Shown in pieces: positions 23,076 to 32,000 of a DNA stretch of 32,000 bases. Every line of letters starts with the position of its first letter. Position 1 is the stretch's first letter. The notes beneath the pieces were generated by a model that did not search any database, was not told where the DNA came from, and worked only from the letters and a program-made list of their open reading frames with translations. Both the position numbers and the translations under genes were made by a program. This DNA is from an uncultured Clostridia bacterium (lineage in GTDB: Bacteria > Bacillota > Clostridia > Christensenellales > Aristaeellaceae): the NCBI GenBank assembly GCA_934647235.1, contig CAKUFG010000020.1, forward strand, positions 15,699 to 47,698, written 5' to 3'.

Positions 23076-26000
23076 TCAAACCATGACCTTATTCATCAGC
23101 TGCTGGAAGTCATCCACGTGGTCGTATGTGACCATGCCATTTGACAGTGTTGTAAAGAGCTTCTTCGCGCAGTCGATCTTTGCTTTCTCAATCGGGCGCA
23201 GGTTTAGACTGTCCATTGTTCCCTTCGTTTCCGCAACGAAGTAGATGTGCCGTACAGTGCCCTCATGGAACACGATTGCCCAGTCCGGCGAATAATGCCC
23301 GACCGGCGTAGGAATGGAGAACCCTCTCGGCAGCTTCGCGTAGATGAATACATCCTGAGAACCATCCAGCGATTTGACAAAGCGGCGCTCGACGCTATCC
23401 TCTGCTGTGCCGTCAGTGAAGACATAATCCTGAATGGCTTTGTCGGCATGGAATGCTTGGTCGAAGGTCTTTCCGTGTTTTTCAGCAGTAAAGATACTGC
23501 TGTCATAACTACCCTCGATCTGGTCGTAGGTAATATGTTCCACAATCATGGTTGCCTTCTGTTCCTTGATCAGACGGATAACCTTGGAAATGAATTCCTC
23601 CGGGTTATTGCGGAACATATAGAATTTAGCCGGGTTAATGCCCTTTAGAACGGCAGCAGCAGAACGGCGCGTAAGCACAGTGCCTTCCGCAATTTTGCCG
23701 ACGAGATCATACTTGACCTGGCTGGTTTCCGCATGTTTCAGCGTTTCAGTATGTGTTTTTGCCGCCTCAAAGCTATTGCCGGTTCGCATCTCATCGCCGG
23801 AGATGCTTGCCTTTTGACCGGCAACAGAAACAGTATACTGCAGCTGGCTGACGAACAGCTCACTGTTGATCGCCGCGACAGCTTTACGGATCAGCTCGTC
23901 GCTGTCGAAATCAACCGTATACGCATACTTGTGATTGATCGCCGTCCAGAGATTCTGGAATTCCTTTTTGTAGAAGCGGTCATTGAGCGGATTCTCCGGC
24001 GCAGGCGTCTTATTGCCATCAGCAAACATTTCTTTGAGAACCTTATCATCGAAAATTGCCTGTACCAGCTTATGGATGCTTTCACCTATCGGCTGAAGCC
24101 CCTCGGGCAGCGGCTTGAGACGATCAGCAGCCACATCATCACGATAATCCTGCGTAATGCCGTCATCTTCATCCACATAGTTGTTGCGGACGAGGTATTG
24201 GTAGATTTTTCTCGCATCCGACGCATTGATCTTTGCGGTAGAGCCATCTGCCATAATGACGTTTTTGCCCTCAAAGTACTCAATGCTTGCCTTCCGGGGA
24301 CGATCATACAGCACAGCACGAGTTTCGTCCTGCAGAGCAGCGACGAAATCCGCATAGCCCTCACTGGCAATGACCGTCAGGGTATTCAGAACATGAACGT
24401 CTGCACCGACGGTTTCCGCGTCCATGCGCTCACCAGCCTGATTGACGCACAGGCGCAGTCCGCGGCCAACCTCCTGCCGCTTCTGCGTGGTGCTGTCGCC
24501 GCCGTGCTTGAGCGTGCAAATCTGGAACACATTCGGGTTGTCCCAGCCCTCGCGCAGTGCGGAGTGCGAGAAGATGAAGCGTGTCGGCTCCTCAAAGCTG
24601 AGCAGGCGCTCTTTGTTCTTGAGAATCAGGTCATACGCGGAAATATCATCGCTGAACTCATTGCCGCGCTTGAGTTGGCTGTCGATGGCACGCCCGGTCT
24701 TCTTGTCGATGCTGAAATAGCCGCGATGCGTAGCATGAACATCAATGCCATCGAGATATGCCACATACTCCGGATCAAGCAGAGTACGGTATCCGTTCAT
24801 GACCGAAACGTATTCTTCCTCAAAAATACGCCCGAATTCGCCGAGCGCCTCATTGCCATCCGCATCGTATTGCCGGTAATGCGCTACCTCGTCGATGAAG
24901 AACAGCGACAGCGTCTTAATGCCCTTGTGGAACAGCTGCGCTTCCTTCTGAAAGTGAGAGATGATCGTTTCCCGAATCTGCACACGGCGCTTGTCGCTTT
25001 CGGAGACGTCGCCGATGACTTCGCCCTTGTGGATCATATCGCCATTGATGAAGGTGACGGTTCCATCAATGGGATCGATCTGTGAAACGGAAAAGCCACG
25101 GTACTGTTCCATTTCGCCGGAGATGAAATAGAGGTTATCTCCAACGGTCAGCGGGCGAGTTTCGCGGTTGATGGACTTGTTGTATCGGATCTCCAATTCC
25201 ATGCGCACCTTCGGCGGCTTTTTCGGAGAGAGGACGAAGCTCTCAAGGTACAGATAACCGTCCGTACCGCGAAAATTCTTTACTTCAAAGCCCTTGACCT
25301 CAATGCGTTTAACCAGACGCTTGTTATAAGCGTCCAGCGCGTCCAGCACATAGATCAGGTTGTGCCGCTCCTTGTGTGTTGCGGAGTAGTTGAGCGTGAA
25401 AAGCGGATTGAAGGATTTCAGCGCCTTCTGCGTCACGTCGCCGCCCATCTTCTGGGGTTCATCCATGATGATGATCGGGCGATTTGCGGCAATGACGTCA
25501 ATCGGGCGGCGGCTCTGAAACTCGTCGCGCTTCGAGTAGATGATGCGCGCTTCCTTGCTCTTGCCGTCCTCTTTCAAAGAAGCGGCGAAAGCCTGCGTGT
25601 TGATAATCATCACATTGATGCCGCTGTCGGCAGAAAAGCTGTCCAGCTGGTTCAGGTTGGCGCTGGAATAGATGAAGAACCGCGCCTTCTTGCCGTAATG
25701 CTCCATGAAATGGTCAACGGTGATCTCGAAGGACTTCTTCACGCCCTCGCGAATGGCGATAGACGGCACGACCACGATGAACTTGCTCCAGCCATAGCGC
25801 TTGTTCAGCTCGAACATCGTCTTGATATACACATAGGTTTTGCCCGTGCCGGTTTCCATTTCCACGTCCAGCGCACAGCGTCCCAGCCCCTTCGCAAGGG
25901 AAGCGGACTGATAAATCTCGTTGTCCTGCTGCACGTCGCGGATGTTTTTCAGCAGCTGCTCATCGGTCAGCTGCAGCATTTCGTTCAGATAGCCGGTATC

Positions 26001-26195
26001 GTCTACTTCATCCATCGAAATCTGATCAGGAGGAAACAGGCTCATCTGCTGATCCACAGGCGCGAGCACAGGCTTGGTCTCGCCCAAATCGCGGCGATAG
26101 GACACGCCATCGGAATAGGGCTGTCCTTTGAAGGCCCTCACGACGCTGTCAACGGCATCGGTCTGGTATTGCTGTATCTTAAATCGAAATTTCAT
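23076..26195 (-). CDS. res: Type III restriction-modification system endonuclease (Res) subunit
   Basis: The N-terminus MKFRFKIQQYQTDAVDSVVRAFKGQPY is typical of Type III Res. The SF2 helicase motifs are METGTGKTYVY (I), IIIMDEPQKM (II), NYSATH (III) and QEVGRGLRL (VI). The C-terminal PD-(D/E)xK motif is YSPDWAIV...IYFVAETKG. Confidence 0.85.
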   Translation of the reverse strand: MKFRFKIQQYQTDAVDSVVRAFKGQPYSDGVSYRRDLGETKPVLAPVDQQMSLFPPDQISMDEVDDTGYLNEMLQLTDEQLLKNIRDVQQDNEIYQSASLAKGLGRCALDVEMETGTGKTYVYIKTMFELNKRYGWSKFIVVVPSIAIREGVKKSFEITVDHFMEHYGKKARFFIYSSANLNQLDSFSADSGINVMIINTQAFAASLKEDGKSKEARIIYSKRDEFQSRRPIDVIAANRPIIIMDEPQKMGGDVTQKALKSFNPLFTLNYSATHKERHNLIYVLDALDAYNKRLVKRIEVKGFEVKNFRGTDGYLYLESFVLSPKKPPKVRMELEIRYNKSINRETRPLTVGDNLYFISGEMEQYRGFSVSQIDPIDGTVTFINGDMIHKGEVIGDVSESDKRRVQIRETIISHFQKEAQLFHKGIKTLSLFFIDEVAHYRQYDADGNEALGEFGRIFEEEYVSVMNGYRTLLDPEYVAYLDGIDVHATHRGYFSIDKKTGRAIDSQLKRGNEFSDDISAYDLILKNKERLLSFEEPTRFIFSHSALREGWDNPNVFQICTLKHGGDSTTQKRQEVGRGLRLCVNQAGERMDAETVGADVHVLNTLTVIASEGYADFVAALQDETRAVLYDRPRKASIEYFEGKNVIMADGSTAKINASDARKIYQYLVRNNYVDEDDGITQDYRDDVAADRLKPLPEGLQPIGESIHKLVQAIFDDKVLKEMFADGNKTPAPENPLNDRFYKKEFQNLWTAINHKYAYTVDFDSDELIRKAVAAINSELFVSQLQYTVSVAGQKASISGDEMRTGNSFEAAKTHTETLKHAETSQVKYDLVGKIAEGTVLTRRSAAAVLKGINPAKFYMFRNNPEEFISKVIRLIKEQKATMIVEHITYDQIEGSYDSSIFTAEKHGKTFDQAFHADKAIQDYVFTDGTAEDSVERRFVKSLDGSQDVFIYAKLPRGFSIPTPVGHYSPDWAIVFHEGTVRHIYFVAETKGTMDSLNLRPIEKAKIDCAKKLFTTLSNGMVTYDHVDDFQQLMNKVMV

Positions 26196-27241
26196 GGCTT
26201 GTGGTTCACCACCTGTTCCAGCATAAGGAAACGGTCAAAATCGCTTTCGTACAGGCGATCCTGAATAATCCGATACTTTTCATATTCCGTCTCCGCATGG
26301 AGCTTTGCTTGTTCCGCAGTGATCTTGCCGGGGCCTGTCAGCAGCTCGTTTCCGTTAAACTCCAGAAAGCCGTCCAGACGCTTCGCCCAGTCCTCCATGC
26401 TCATGGGAATCTTGCGCTCCGCCTGCAATTGGGCATAATCCAGATAAAGAGAGACGATGCGCTCCAGATAGTGCATTTCCTGTTCGCTTAAATAGTTCTT
26501 GGCCACTGTCACGTCTGTTTTCAGGATCTTGCCATCCGGCGCATTCTCCCATGTGGTCAGCCCCATATGCTCCTTGTTGGCGTCCGCACGCTCCACGATG
26601 AGCTCCGCAGCCGTGTGTCTGTGGACGGCAAAATGCATCTTGTTCTGCACCGTCTGAAAGAACAGGCGGGTCGTTCTGGCGTCCTTATCGTAATCAAACG
26701 CCGTTGCGTACAGGTCTGTGACCTTCTGATAGAACTTTCGTTCGCTCAGCCGTATCTCCCGAATCTGCTCAAGCTGACGCTCGAAGTATTCGTCCGTGAA
26801 CATATGTCCCTTTTTCAGGCGCTCCACGTCCATCGTCCAGCCCTGAATGGTGTGGTCTTTCACGATCTGACCTGCCCATTTGCGGAATTGCACGGCACGC
26901 TGATTATTGACCTTGAAGCCAACGGCTATGATCATTTGCAGGTTAAAGTGAGCCACCTCACGGTTGACCTGCCGCACACCTTCTGTTTGAACTATTCGGA
27001 ATTTCCGAATAGTTGCCGCCTCAGTCAATTCTCCGTCTGCGTATATCTTTTTGATATGCTCATTGATGGTAGGAAGCCCTACATCATACAATGCCGCCAT
27101 CATCTTCTGCGTCAACCAGATGTTTTCATCCTCGTAGCGCATCTCGAAGCTGACGTCGCTCTCGCCGGTGGCGGCGACGAAGGTCAGATATTCCGCAGCA
27201 GAGCTGCGCAGGGCAAGCTCCTTTTTCTTCTGCGCCGCCAT
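26192..27241 (-). CDS. RhuM-family protein embedded between mod and res
   Basis: Strings typical of RhuM-family proteins: NIWLTQKMMAALYDVGLPTINEHIKKIY, ATIRKFRIVQTEG.RQVNREVAHFNLQMIIAVGFKVNNQRAVQFRKWA and IREIRLSERKFYQKVTDLYA. An ATGA overlap joins it to res, and a 1-nt gap separates it from mod. Confidence 0.75.
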   Translation of the reverse strand: MAAQKKKELALRSSAAEYLTFVAATGESDVSFEMRYEDENIWLTQKMMAALYDVGLPTINEHIKKIYADGELTEAATIRKFRIVQTEGVRQVNREVAHFNLQMIIAVGFKVNNQRAVQFRKWAGQIVKDHTIQGWTMDVERLKKGHMFTDEYFERQLEQIREIRLSERKFYQKVTDLYATAFDYDKDARTTRLFFQTVQNKMHFAVHRHTAAELIVERADANKEHMGLTTWENAPDGKILKTDVTVAKNYLSEQEMHYLERIVSLYLDYAQLQAERKIPMSMEDWAKRLDGFLEFNGNELLTGPGKITAEQAKLHAETEYEKYRIIQDRLYESDFDRFLMLEQVVNHKP

Positions 27242-27242
27242 A

Positions 27243-29285
27243 TCACAGCACCTTCCTTACAGTCGAGGGCGAGTAGGTCTCGAAAATCTGGTCAAAGTTG
27301 GTGGCCGTGCTGTCGTCCGCCATGGAGGCGTCGCGGAAGACGGCGTAGTAGGGCTGCCGCTTGGCAATGGCGGTCACGGTTTCGGTGGTTACGCCTTTAT
27401 CGAAGCAGGCCAGCAGGAAGCCGTCCGCCACGTCGAACACGCGCTTGCCGTCGATTTCCGTCTCGGTAATCGTGCTGGAGGGCAGCACGCCCAGCTCCAG
27501 CATGACCTGGAACAGCAGGTCTTCCGGCGTGCGGTCAGGCTTGATGTTATCCGTCGTGAAGGAAAGCAAATCCTGCCGCATTGCGTCGGGCGTGTAGTAG
27601 ACGTCCTGCATGTTGGAGGAATCCAGCCGCAGGCAGCGGAAGCCGCCGTCAAAGTCCTTGGAGAGCGCCAGCCCTGCGTCCTCACGGATTTTCTTGGCAG
27701 CGCGGCGAATGCGCTCCTTGCCGATTTCGCAGAGGTCAGAGTACTGTTGAGTCGCACTTTTTTCAGGCAATTGAACGAGAATATATCTGCGTTTGCTATC
27801 GGCATTCTTTGCGTTGATTTGCATAACGGCTTGCGCAGTAGTTGCTGACCCAGAAAAGAAATCCATGATCAAATCATTCTTTTGGGTCGAAATTTGAATA
27901 ATTCGCTCAATCAGTCGTGTTGGCTTAGGCGTATCGAAAGGTGCTTTTCCATCAAAAATCGATAGTAGTTCCTTTTTGGCTTCATCAGTATGACCGACCT
28001 CAGAACATGGCCAGAGATTTGTTACAACCTTGCCGTTTTTTTCGTCCAAGTACGTTTTCTTTGCAATACCACCATTTCCTCCACTAGTAAAATAGTACAG
28101 CGGCCAATTGCCTCTATCATACACCTCTCTTGCATTTTTGCGTGCAATTGATACATCATCGCAGAGAACAATACCCTTAACACCTGTACGCACATTATTA
28201 GGTGTTACACCACAAATAGATGCGCGTTCTGTTTCATCATTCAAATCACGCAGTTCATAGCGGCTCCACCCTTGCATGATTTTCAGCATATCATTCTGCT
28301 GATAACGCCAATGCGCTCCATTACTGGGGTATAGCATCTTTCCTGTAAAAGGATGCTGAATAGCATAAACCATTCCTTGATGCGTTGCCGCCCCGGGCGC
28401 ACAGGGATTATCTGCACGCCACAGTACAGGATCTCCATCAGGGCTCTTATACTTTTCATTCATTTCAGCCGTTCGCGGTAATTTATAAGGAATCCAATTA
28501 GCCTGACGACTGAATACAATCAAATGCTCCTTTTCGCTACTAATACCTTTTGAATCATTTCGTGGTGCATAAGTCCTTTGCCATGCAATATCGGCAACAA
28601 AGCAGCTTTCGCCAAATACGCTTTCACAGGTCTTTATGAGATTAGCAGCTTCGTGGTCATCAATACTGATAAAGATAACCCCATCCTCGCTCAGTAAATC
28701 CTTCGCCACTCTCAGCCGCGGATAAATCATGTTCAGCCAATCCGTATGGAATCTGCCGTTGCTGTCGGTGTTCTGCACGAGCTGGTTGCCCTGTTCGTCA
28801 TACTGTCCGCTTCTGCCCATATAGCTGTCCGTGTCCTCGGCAAAATCGTCCTCATAGACGAAATCGTTGCCGGTGTTGTAGGGCGGGTCGATGTAGATCA
28901 TCTTCACCTTGCCCAGATACGTTTCCCGCAGCAGCTTGAGCACGTCCAGATTGTCGCCCTCGATATACAGATTCTCGCTGTCCCAGCCGCCGGGCGTGCC
29001 ATCCTTGCCCACGCTGTCCGCCTTGATGGGGCGCAGCGTTGCCGAAATGGGCGCGTTCGCCGCCAGCATCGCCTTCTTCTTGTCCGGCCACGTAAACTGA
29101 TAGCGCTCCTCGCGGCCTTCCACAACCGTCGTGGAAATCTCCTGCATCAGCACATCCTTGTCAATGGCGCGGACAACCTCGCCGTTCTCGTTCACGGTCT
29201 CCGTGACCGCGTTCGGGAACAGCGCCGCCAGCTTTTTATAATTCTCATCCGCCAGATTGGGGGTGTGCATGGTGAGCTTATCCAT
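27243..29285 (-). CDS. mod: Type III Mod-like DNA methyltransferase (N6-adenine/N4-cytosine, beta class)
   Basis: Motif IV is MIYIDPPYNTGNDFVYEDDF. Motif I is DLIMDFFSGSATTAQAV. The large central variable region is taken as the TRD. Gene order is mod upstream of res. Confidence 0.85.
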   Translation of the reverse strand: MDKLTMHTPNLADENYKKLAALFPNAVTETVNENGEVVRAIDKDVLMQEISTTVVEGREERYQFTWPDKKKAMLAANAPISATLRPIKADSVGKDGTPGGWDSENLYIEGDNLDVLKLLRETYLGKVKMIYIDPPYNTGNDFVYEDDFAEDTDSYMGRSGQYDEQGNQLVQNTDSNGRFHTDWLNMIYPRLRVAKDLLSEDGVIFISIDDHEAANLIKTCESVFGESCFVADIAWQRTYAPRNDSKGISSEKEHLIVFSRQANWIPYKLPRTAEMNEKYKSPDGDPVLWRADNPCAPGAATHQGMVYAIQHPFTGKMLYPSNGAHWRYQQNDMLKIMQGWSRYELRDLNDETERASICGVTPNNVRTGVKGIVLCDDVSIARKNAREVYDRGNWPLYYFTSGGNGGIAKKTYLDEKNGKVVTNLWPCSEVGHTDEAKKELLSIFDGKAPFDTPKPTRLIERIIQISTQKNDLIMDFFSGSATTAQAVMQINAKNADSKRRYILVQLPEKSATQQYSDLCEIGKERIRRAAKKIREDAGLALSKDFDGGFRCLRLDSSNMQDVYYTPDAMRQDLLSFTTDNIKPDRTPEDLLFQVMLELGVLPSSTITETEIDGKRVFDVADGFLLACFDKGVTTETVTAIAKRQPYYAVFRDASMADDSTATNFDQIFETYSPSTVRKVL

Positions 29286-29311
29286 TGTCTCTTTCCTCCA
29301 AAACCACGAAA

Positions 29312-29707
29312 TTACTGTGCTTGAAAAATCCGCTTGATTTCGTGTTCAATAACTGTCTTTGCGCCGTATTTTAAGGCGGTATCCAAATAGAGAATCATCT
29401 CAATAAAGTCGAGAACCGACTTCCATTCCTCAGCATTCTTGCTTTCAGCCTCGCTTTTCGGAATATCTATCACCTGAACGCTCGTCCAGAAAGAGTAGGA
29501 ATTGATTAGATGGCGATACCTTTGCAAGTACCTCTGAGCCGTCGAATAGCATTTATCCCAATCTGATGAATTTTTCGCATCGCGAATCTCCGCCGTCAGA
29601 ATTTTCACTTTTGACAGTTCATGCGCCGCGCTTAATGTCTTCTTGACAACGTCCATTGCACGAGAGGTTTGCTCATTGACTGCATCTCTGCTCAGAATGG
29701 TATTCAT
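29312..29707 (-). CDS. Hypothetical 131-aa helical protein
   Basis: The ORF has an ATGA overlap with the upstream DUF4391 gene and ends 26 nt before mod. Its GC is lower than its neighbours. No motif recognised. Confidence 0.5.
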   Translation of the reverse strand: MNTILSRDAVNEQTSRAMDVVKKTLSAAHELSKVKILTAEIRDAKNSSDWDKCYSTAQRYLQRYRHLINSYSFWTSVQVIDIPKSEAESKNAEEWKSVLDFIEMILYLDTALKYGAKTVIEHEIKRIFQAQ

Positions 29708-30318
29708 TGATTCTCCTCCCTTAGCTGTTTTATTCTCTGTACCAGCTCAAACTTCTTCTTCGGCTGCTTCTCCGCACGCGCCTGTTTTTCTAATCTGTCA
29801 ATTTCCTTTTGCAGCTTTGCCCGCTTATCGTCCAGCGCAATCTGTTCGTTCAGCGTGTGGCTGCCCTCGATTTCGATGTGCCCGATCTGCGTGACCACGC
29901 TTTCCCAAACCGCGTCCATATTCAAGCCCTGAAGACGGAGCGTCTGACTTCCGGCAGGCTGCCATTCATCCATGATGAGCTTTGTCTGCCACAGGGCGAG
30001 ACGCTCCACCTGCTCGCAGGTGAGGACAAGCACAGTGTTCTGTCCGAAGGTTCGGGCAATGAAAACGATGTTCTGCTTATCAAATTCCTTCCGGCGCAGG
30101 CTGACCTGCACCACAAAAAAGGCGTGAATGTCCTTGCCATCCGCCAGATTCAGCGAAACCGTGGATACTTCGTTGCAGACCGTAATCCGCGCCACGTCGG
30201 CGTCAAAGCTCTTGCGCCTATCGGCGCTCATGTCCGCAGCAAAATGCTCGAGCACCTTTTTCTTGGGAATGATCTTCCTGACCTCTGTGGATAATGGCAA
30301 TCCCAGCATGAAACGCAC
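29704..30318 (-). CDS. DUF4391-like protein
   Basis: LGLPLSTEVRKIIPKKKVLEHF...ITVCNEVSTVSLNL...IHAFFVVQVSL matches my recollection of DUF4391 N-terminal regions. The context is typical, directly downstream of an SNF2 helicase and upstream of a methyltransferase. The tail is a coiled coil (KRAKLQKEIDRLEKQARAEKQ). Confidence 0.55.
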   Translation of the reverse strand: MRFMLGLPLSTEVRKIIPKKKVLEHFAADMSADRRKSFDADVARITVCNEVSTVSLNLADGKDIHAFFVVQVSLRRKEFDKQNIVFIARTFGQNTVLVLTCEQVERLALWQTKLIMDEWQPAGSQTLRLQGLNMDAVWESVVTQIGHIEIEGSHTLNEQIALDDKRAKLQKEIDRLEKQARAEKQPKKKFELVQRIKQLREENQ

Positions 30319-30319
30319 C

Positions 30320-32000
30320 TCACTTTACGACAAGGAAGCATATAAGCTCGAAGTCGTCCAGTCCGTTAATCACCCCGGACAGAAAGCTCATCTGATTTCC
30401 CTTCAGGAAGGAATCGACGTCGCTTTCGTCCTTTGTCTCGATGATGGAGTCGATCGCAAGGCTCAGAAGCTCTGACATCTCCGCCATGTTCCGCCCATCG
30501 TCCGTCTCGGCATTGAACGCATTGCAGAGAACCGGCACGGGCTTGTCCTGCCCGCGGCAGAGCAGACGGACGGAGTCCAGCAGCTTCTTCGGGTTCAGAT
30601 AGTCGCAGATGATTTCGCCATCCGTCCCGATATACACCATGTAGAAGGGATGGATGCGGTTCTGGTTATTGATGTTGACACCATTGTTGACGTTCTTCAG
30701 CACGAAGATGACGCCTTCCGGGCATTCCTCCGTCGCGGGAACGACGGCGTGCAATCCTTTCGGCTTGCTTTCAAGGCTGCCATGCGTCTTCATGTAGTCC
30801 AGCAGGTCGAGACGGAATTCATTCAGCCCCAAATCCATGATGGAGATGCCCGTGGACATATCCTCGATATCAACAACCTCCTCTTGCAGCCGCTTGAGCT
30901 GCGCCTTGCGGTATTCGAGGTCGCCCTTTTCTTCCGCGTTAATGAGGTCGTCGTCGCCGGTGGAGGTCATGACCGAAATCTTCATGCGCGTTTCAACGCG
31001 GGATTTCAGATTGATGTACTCATCCAGCGTCATATCCGGCCAGAAGTTTACGAGCTGTATGACGTCGTTGCGGCTGCCGATGCGGTCGATACGCCCGAAG
31101 CGCTGAATGATGCGCACAGGATTCCAGTGAATATCGTAGTTGACCAGATAGTCGCAGTCCTGCAGGTTCTGACCTTCGGAAATACAGTCCGTGGCAATCA
31201 GAATGTCGATTTCGGCGGGATTGTCCGGCATGAGTACATCCTTGCTCTTGGAAACCGGGGAGAAGCAGGTCAGCACATTATTGAGCGTCGCTTTCAAGCC
31301 GCGAATGGTCGTTTTGCCGTCCGCACTGCCGGTAATCACCGCCGTGTCCAGTCCATGGCGCGATTTCATACGGGCGCTGACCTGATCATACAGGTAGTTT
31401 GCCGTGTCCGCAAACGCCGAGAAAATGATGACCTTCCTGTTGCCCGGATTGATCGGATGGGCGATCTTATCGTCCAGCAGCTGAAAGAGCGTCTGAAGCT
31501 TGCTGTCATGCTCCGGGGTGATGTCGTTCATCATCAGAAGCAGCAGCTCCAGATTCTCCGCGTCCTTCGCCAGCTCGCTTCGCCATGAAACGTAGTCCAT
31601 GTCGGCAATATCGATTTTGATCTTTTTGCCGATCCGGGTAAAATCCGTGTTTTCGTCTTCCGCGTCAAAGTCGTTGTCCGACACGTCGCGCATCTCGATT
31701 TCTCCGCCGCCTCCGGCCACAAAGTTATCGATGATGGCAATGGTCGAATTGATTATGCCCAGTATGCGCCCAAGAGTCAAACGGAAAGAATAGACCGAGC
31801 TTTCAAGACGCTTCAGCAGGTTGATGCTCATCAGACGCCGGATGCCAAATTCACGCCCGCGCATGGACATGTTGGCGACTTTTTCCAGATCAATGTACTT
31901 CGCCAGCTTACTGGGGAGAATGTAGCTGGAAGGCGTATAGACACACAGCGACAGCAGCCCCAGTTGCTCGAATATTTCATTATAGTTGATCGCGCTGTTC
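30320..32000 (-). CDS. SNF2-family helicase, C-terminal part. The 5' end lies beyond the window.
   Basis: The helicase C-domain motifs are KVIIFSAFADTANYL, ILIATDCISEGQNLQDCDYLVNYDIHWNPVRIIQRFGRIDRIGS. The reading frame stays open upstream of the track's Met at 31870 as far as the window edge (...NYNEIFEQLGLLSLCVYTPSSYILPSKLAKYIDLEKVANMSM...). Confidence 0.8.
   Translation of the reverse strand, partial: NSAINYNEIFEQLGLLSLCVYTPSSYILPSKLAKYIDLEKVANMSMRGREFGIRRLMSINLLKRLESSVYSFRLTLGRILGIINSTIAIIDNFVAGGGGEIEMRDVSDNDFDAEDENTDFTRIGKKIKIDIADMDYVSWRSELAKDAENLELLLLMMNDITPEHDSKLQTLFQLLDDKIAHPINPGNRKVIIFSAFADTANYLYDQVSARMKSRHGLDTAVITGSADGKTTIRGLKATLNNVLTCFSPVSKSKDVLMPDNPAEIDILIATDCISEGQNLQDCDYLVNYDIHWNPVRIIQRFGRIDRIGSRNDVIQLVNFWPDMTLDEYINLKSRVETRMKISVMTSTGDDDLINAEEKGDLEYRKAQLKRLQEEVVDIEDMSTGISIMDLGLNEFRLDLLDYMKTHGSLESKPKGLHAVVPATEECPEGVIFVLKNVNNGVNINNQNRIHPFYMVYIGTDGEIICDYLNPKKLLDSVRLLCRGQDKPVPVLCNAFNAETDDGRNMAEMSELLSLAIDSIIETKDESDVDSFLKGNQMSFLSGVINGLDDFELICFLVVK

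Noticed and set aside
23733-31588. + strand ORFs 23733..25085, 25362..26264, 26567..27469, 27168..27848, 28746..29324 and 30650..31588
   Set aside because: All are antisense to the res, rhuM, mod and SNF2 ORFs, which have strong motifs. Their translations have no recognisable domains.
1-32000. CRISPR arrays, rRNA genes and intact IS elements
   Set aside because: I saw no regularly spaced direct repeats, no rRNA-like conserved stretches, and no transposase ORF with terminal inverted repeats on either strand.

Overview
This looks like a high-GC Firmicutes/Clostridia chromosomal segment. Spot counts of 60-nt lines give about 60% GC. GGAGG Shine-Dalgarno sites, spoVA genes and large serine recombinase remnants fit that assignment. 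The window has three parts. (1) 1-14.2 kb is host-like. It holds a partial AlbA_2-domain gene with an unusual repeated 9-mer upstream, and a DUF1848 -> macrodomain -> SirTM-type sirtuin operon with a divergent HxlR regulator. It also holds a small secreted protein, a histidine phosphatase plus MocA-like cytidylyltransferase, Crp/Fnr and PucR regulators, and a three-gene xanthine-dehydrogenase-family molybdenum hydroxylase operon. In that operon the FAD subunit carries an inserted GltD-like NAD(P)H/FeS module. A spoVAC/spoVAEB pair and a small ORF follow. (2) About 14.5-19.2 kb is a sharply AT-rich island (about 40% GC in spot counts). Its only intact cargo is a two-gene, translationally coupled minus-strand operon. 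The first gene encodes a NERD-nuclease/SF1-helicase fusion (573 aa). The second encodes a reverse transcriptase (YADD box) with a roughly 330-aa C-terminal extension I cannot assign (669 aa). A consensus promoter and a roughly 110-nt highly structured leader or ncRNA precede the operon. I rate this as the best candidate for an undescribed RT-based defence system. (3) 19.2-32 kb is a decayed integrative element: a truncated serine recombinase, genes interrupted by in-frame TAG, an orphan lysin and an HsdR tail fragment. After it comes a tightly coupled six-gene minus-strand operon: SNF2 helicase (partial), DUF4391, a 131-aa unknown, Type III Mod, RhuM and Type III Res. No rRNA, tRNA or CRISPR array was seen. 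All family assignments come from motif recognition by eye, not from searches.
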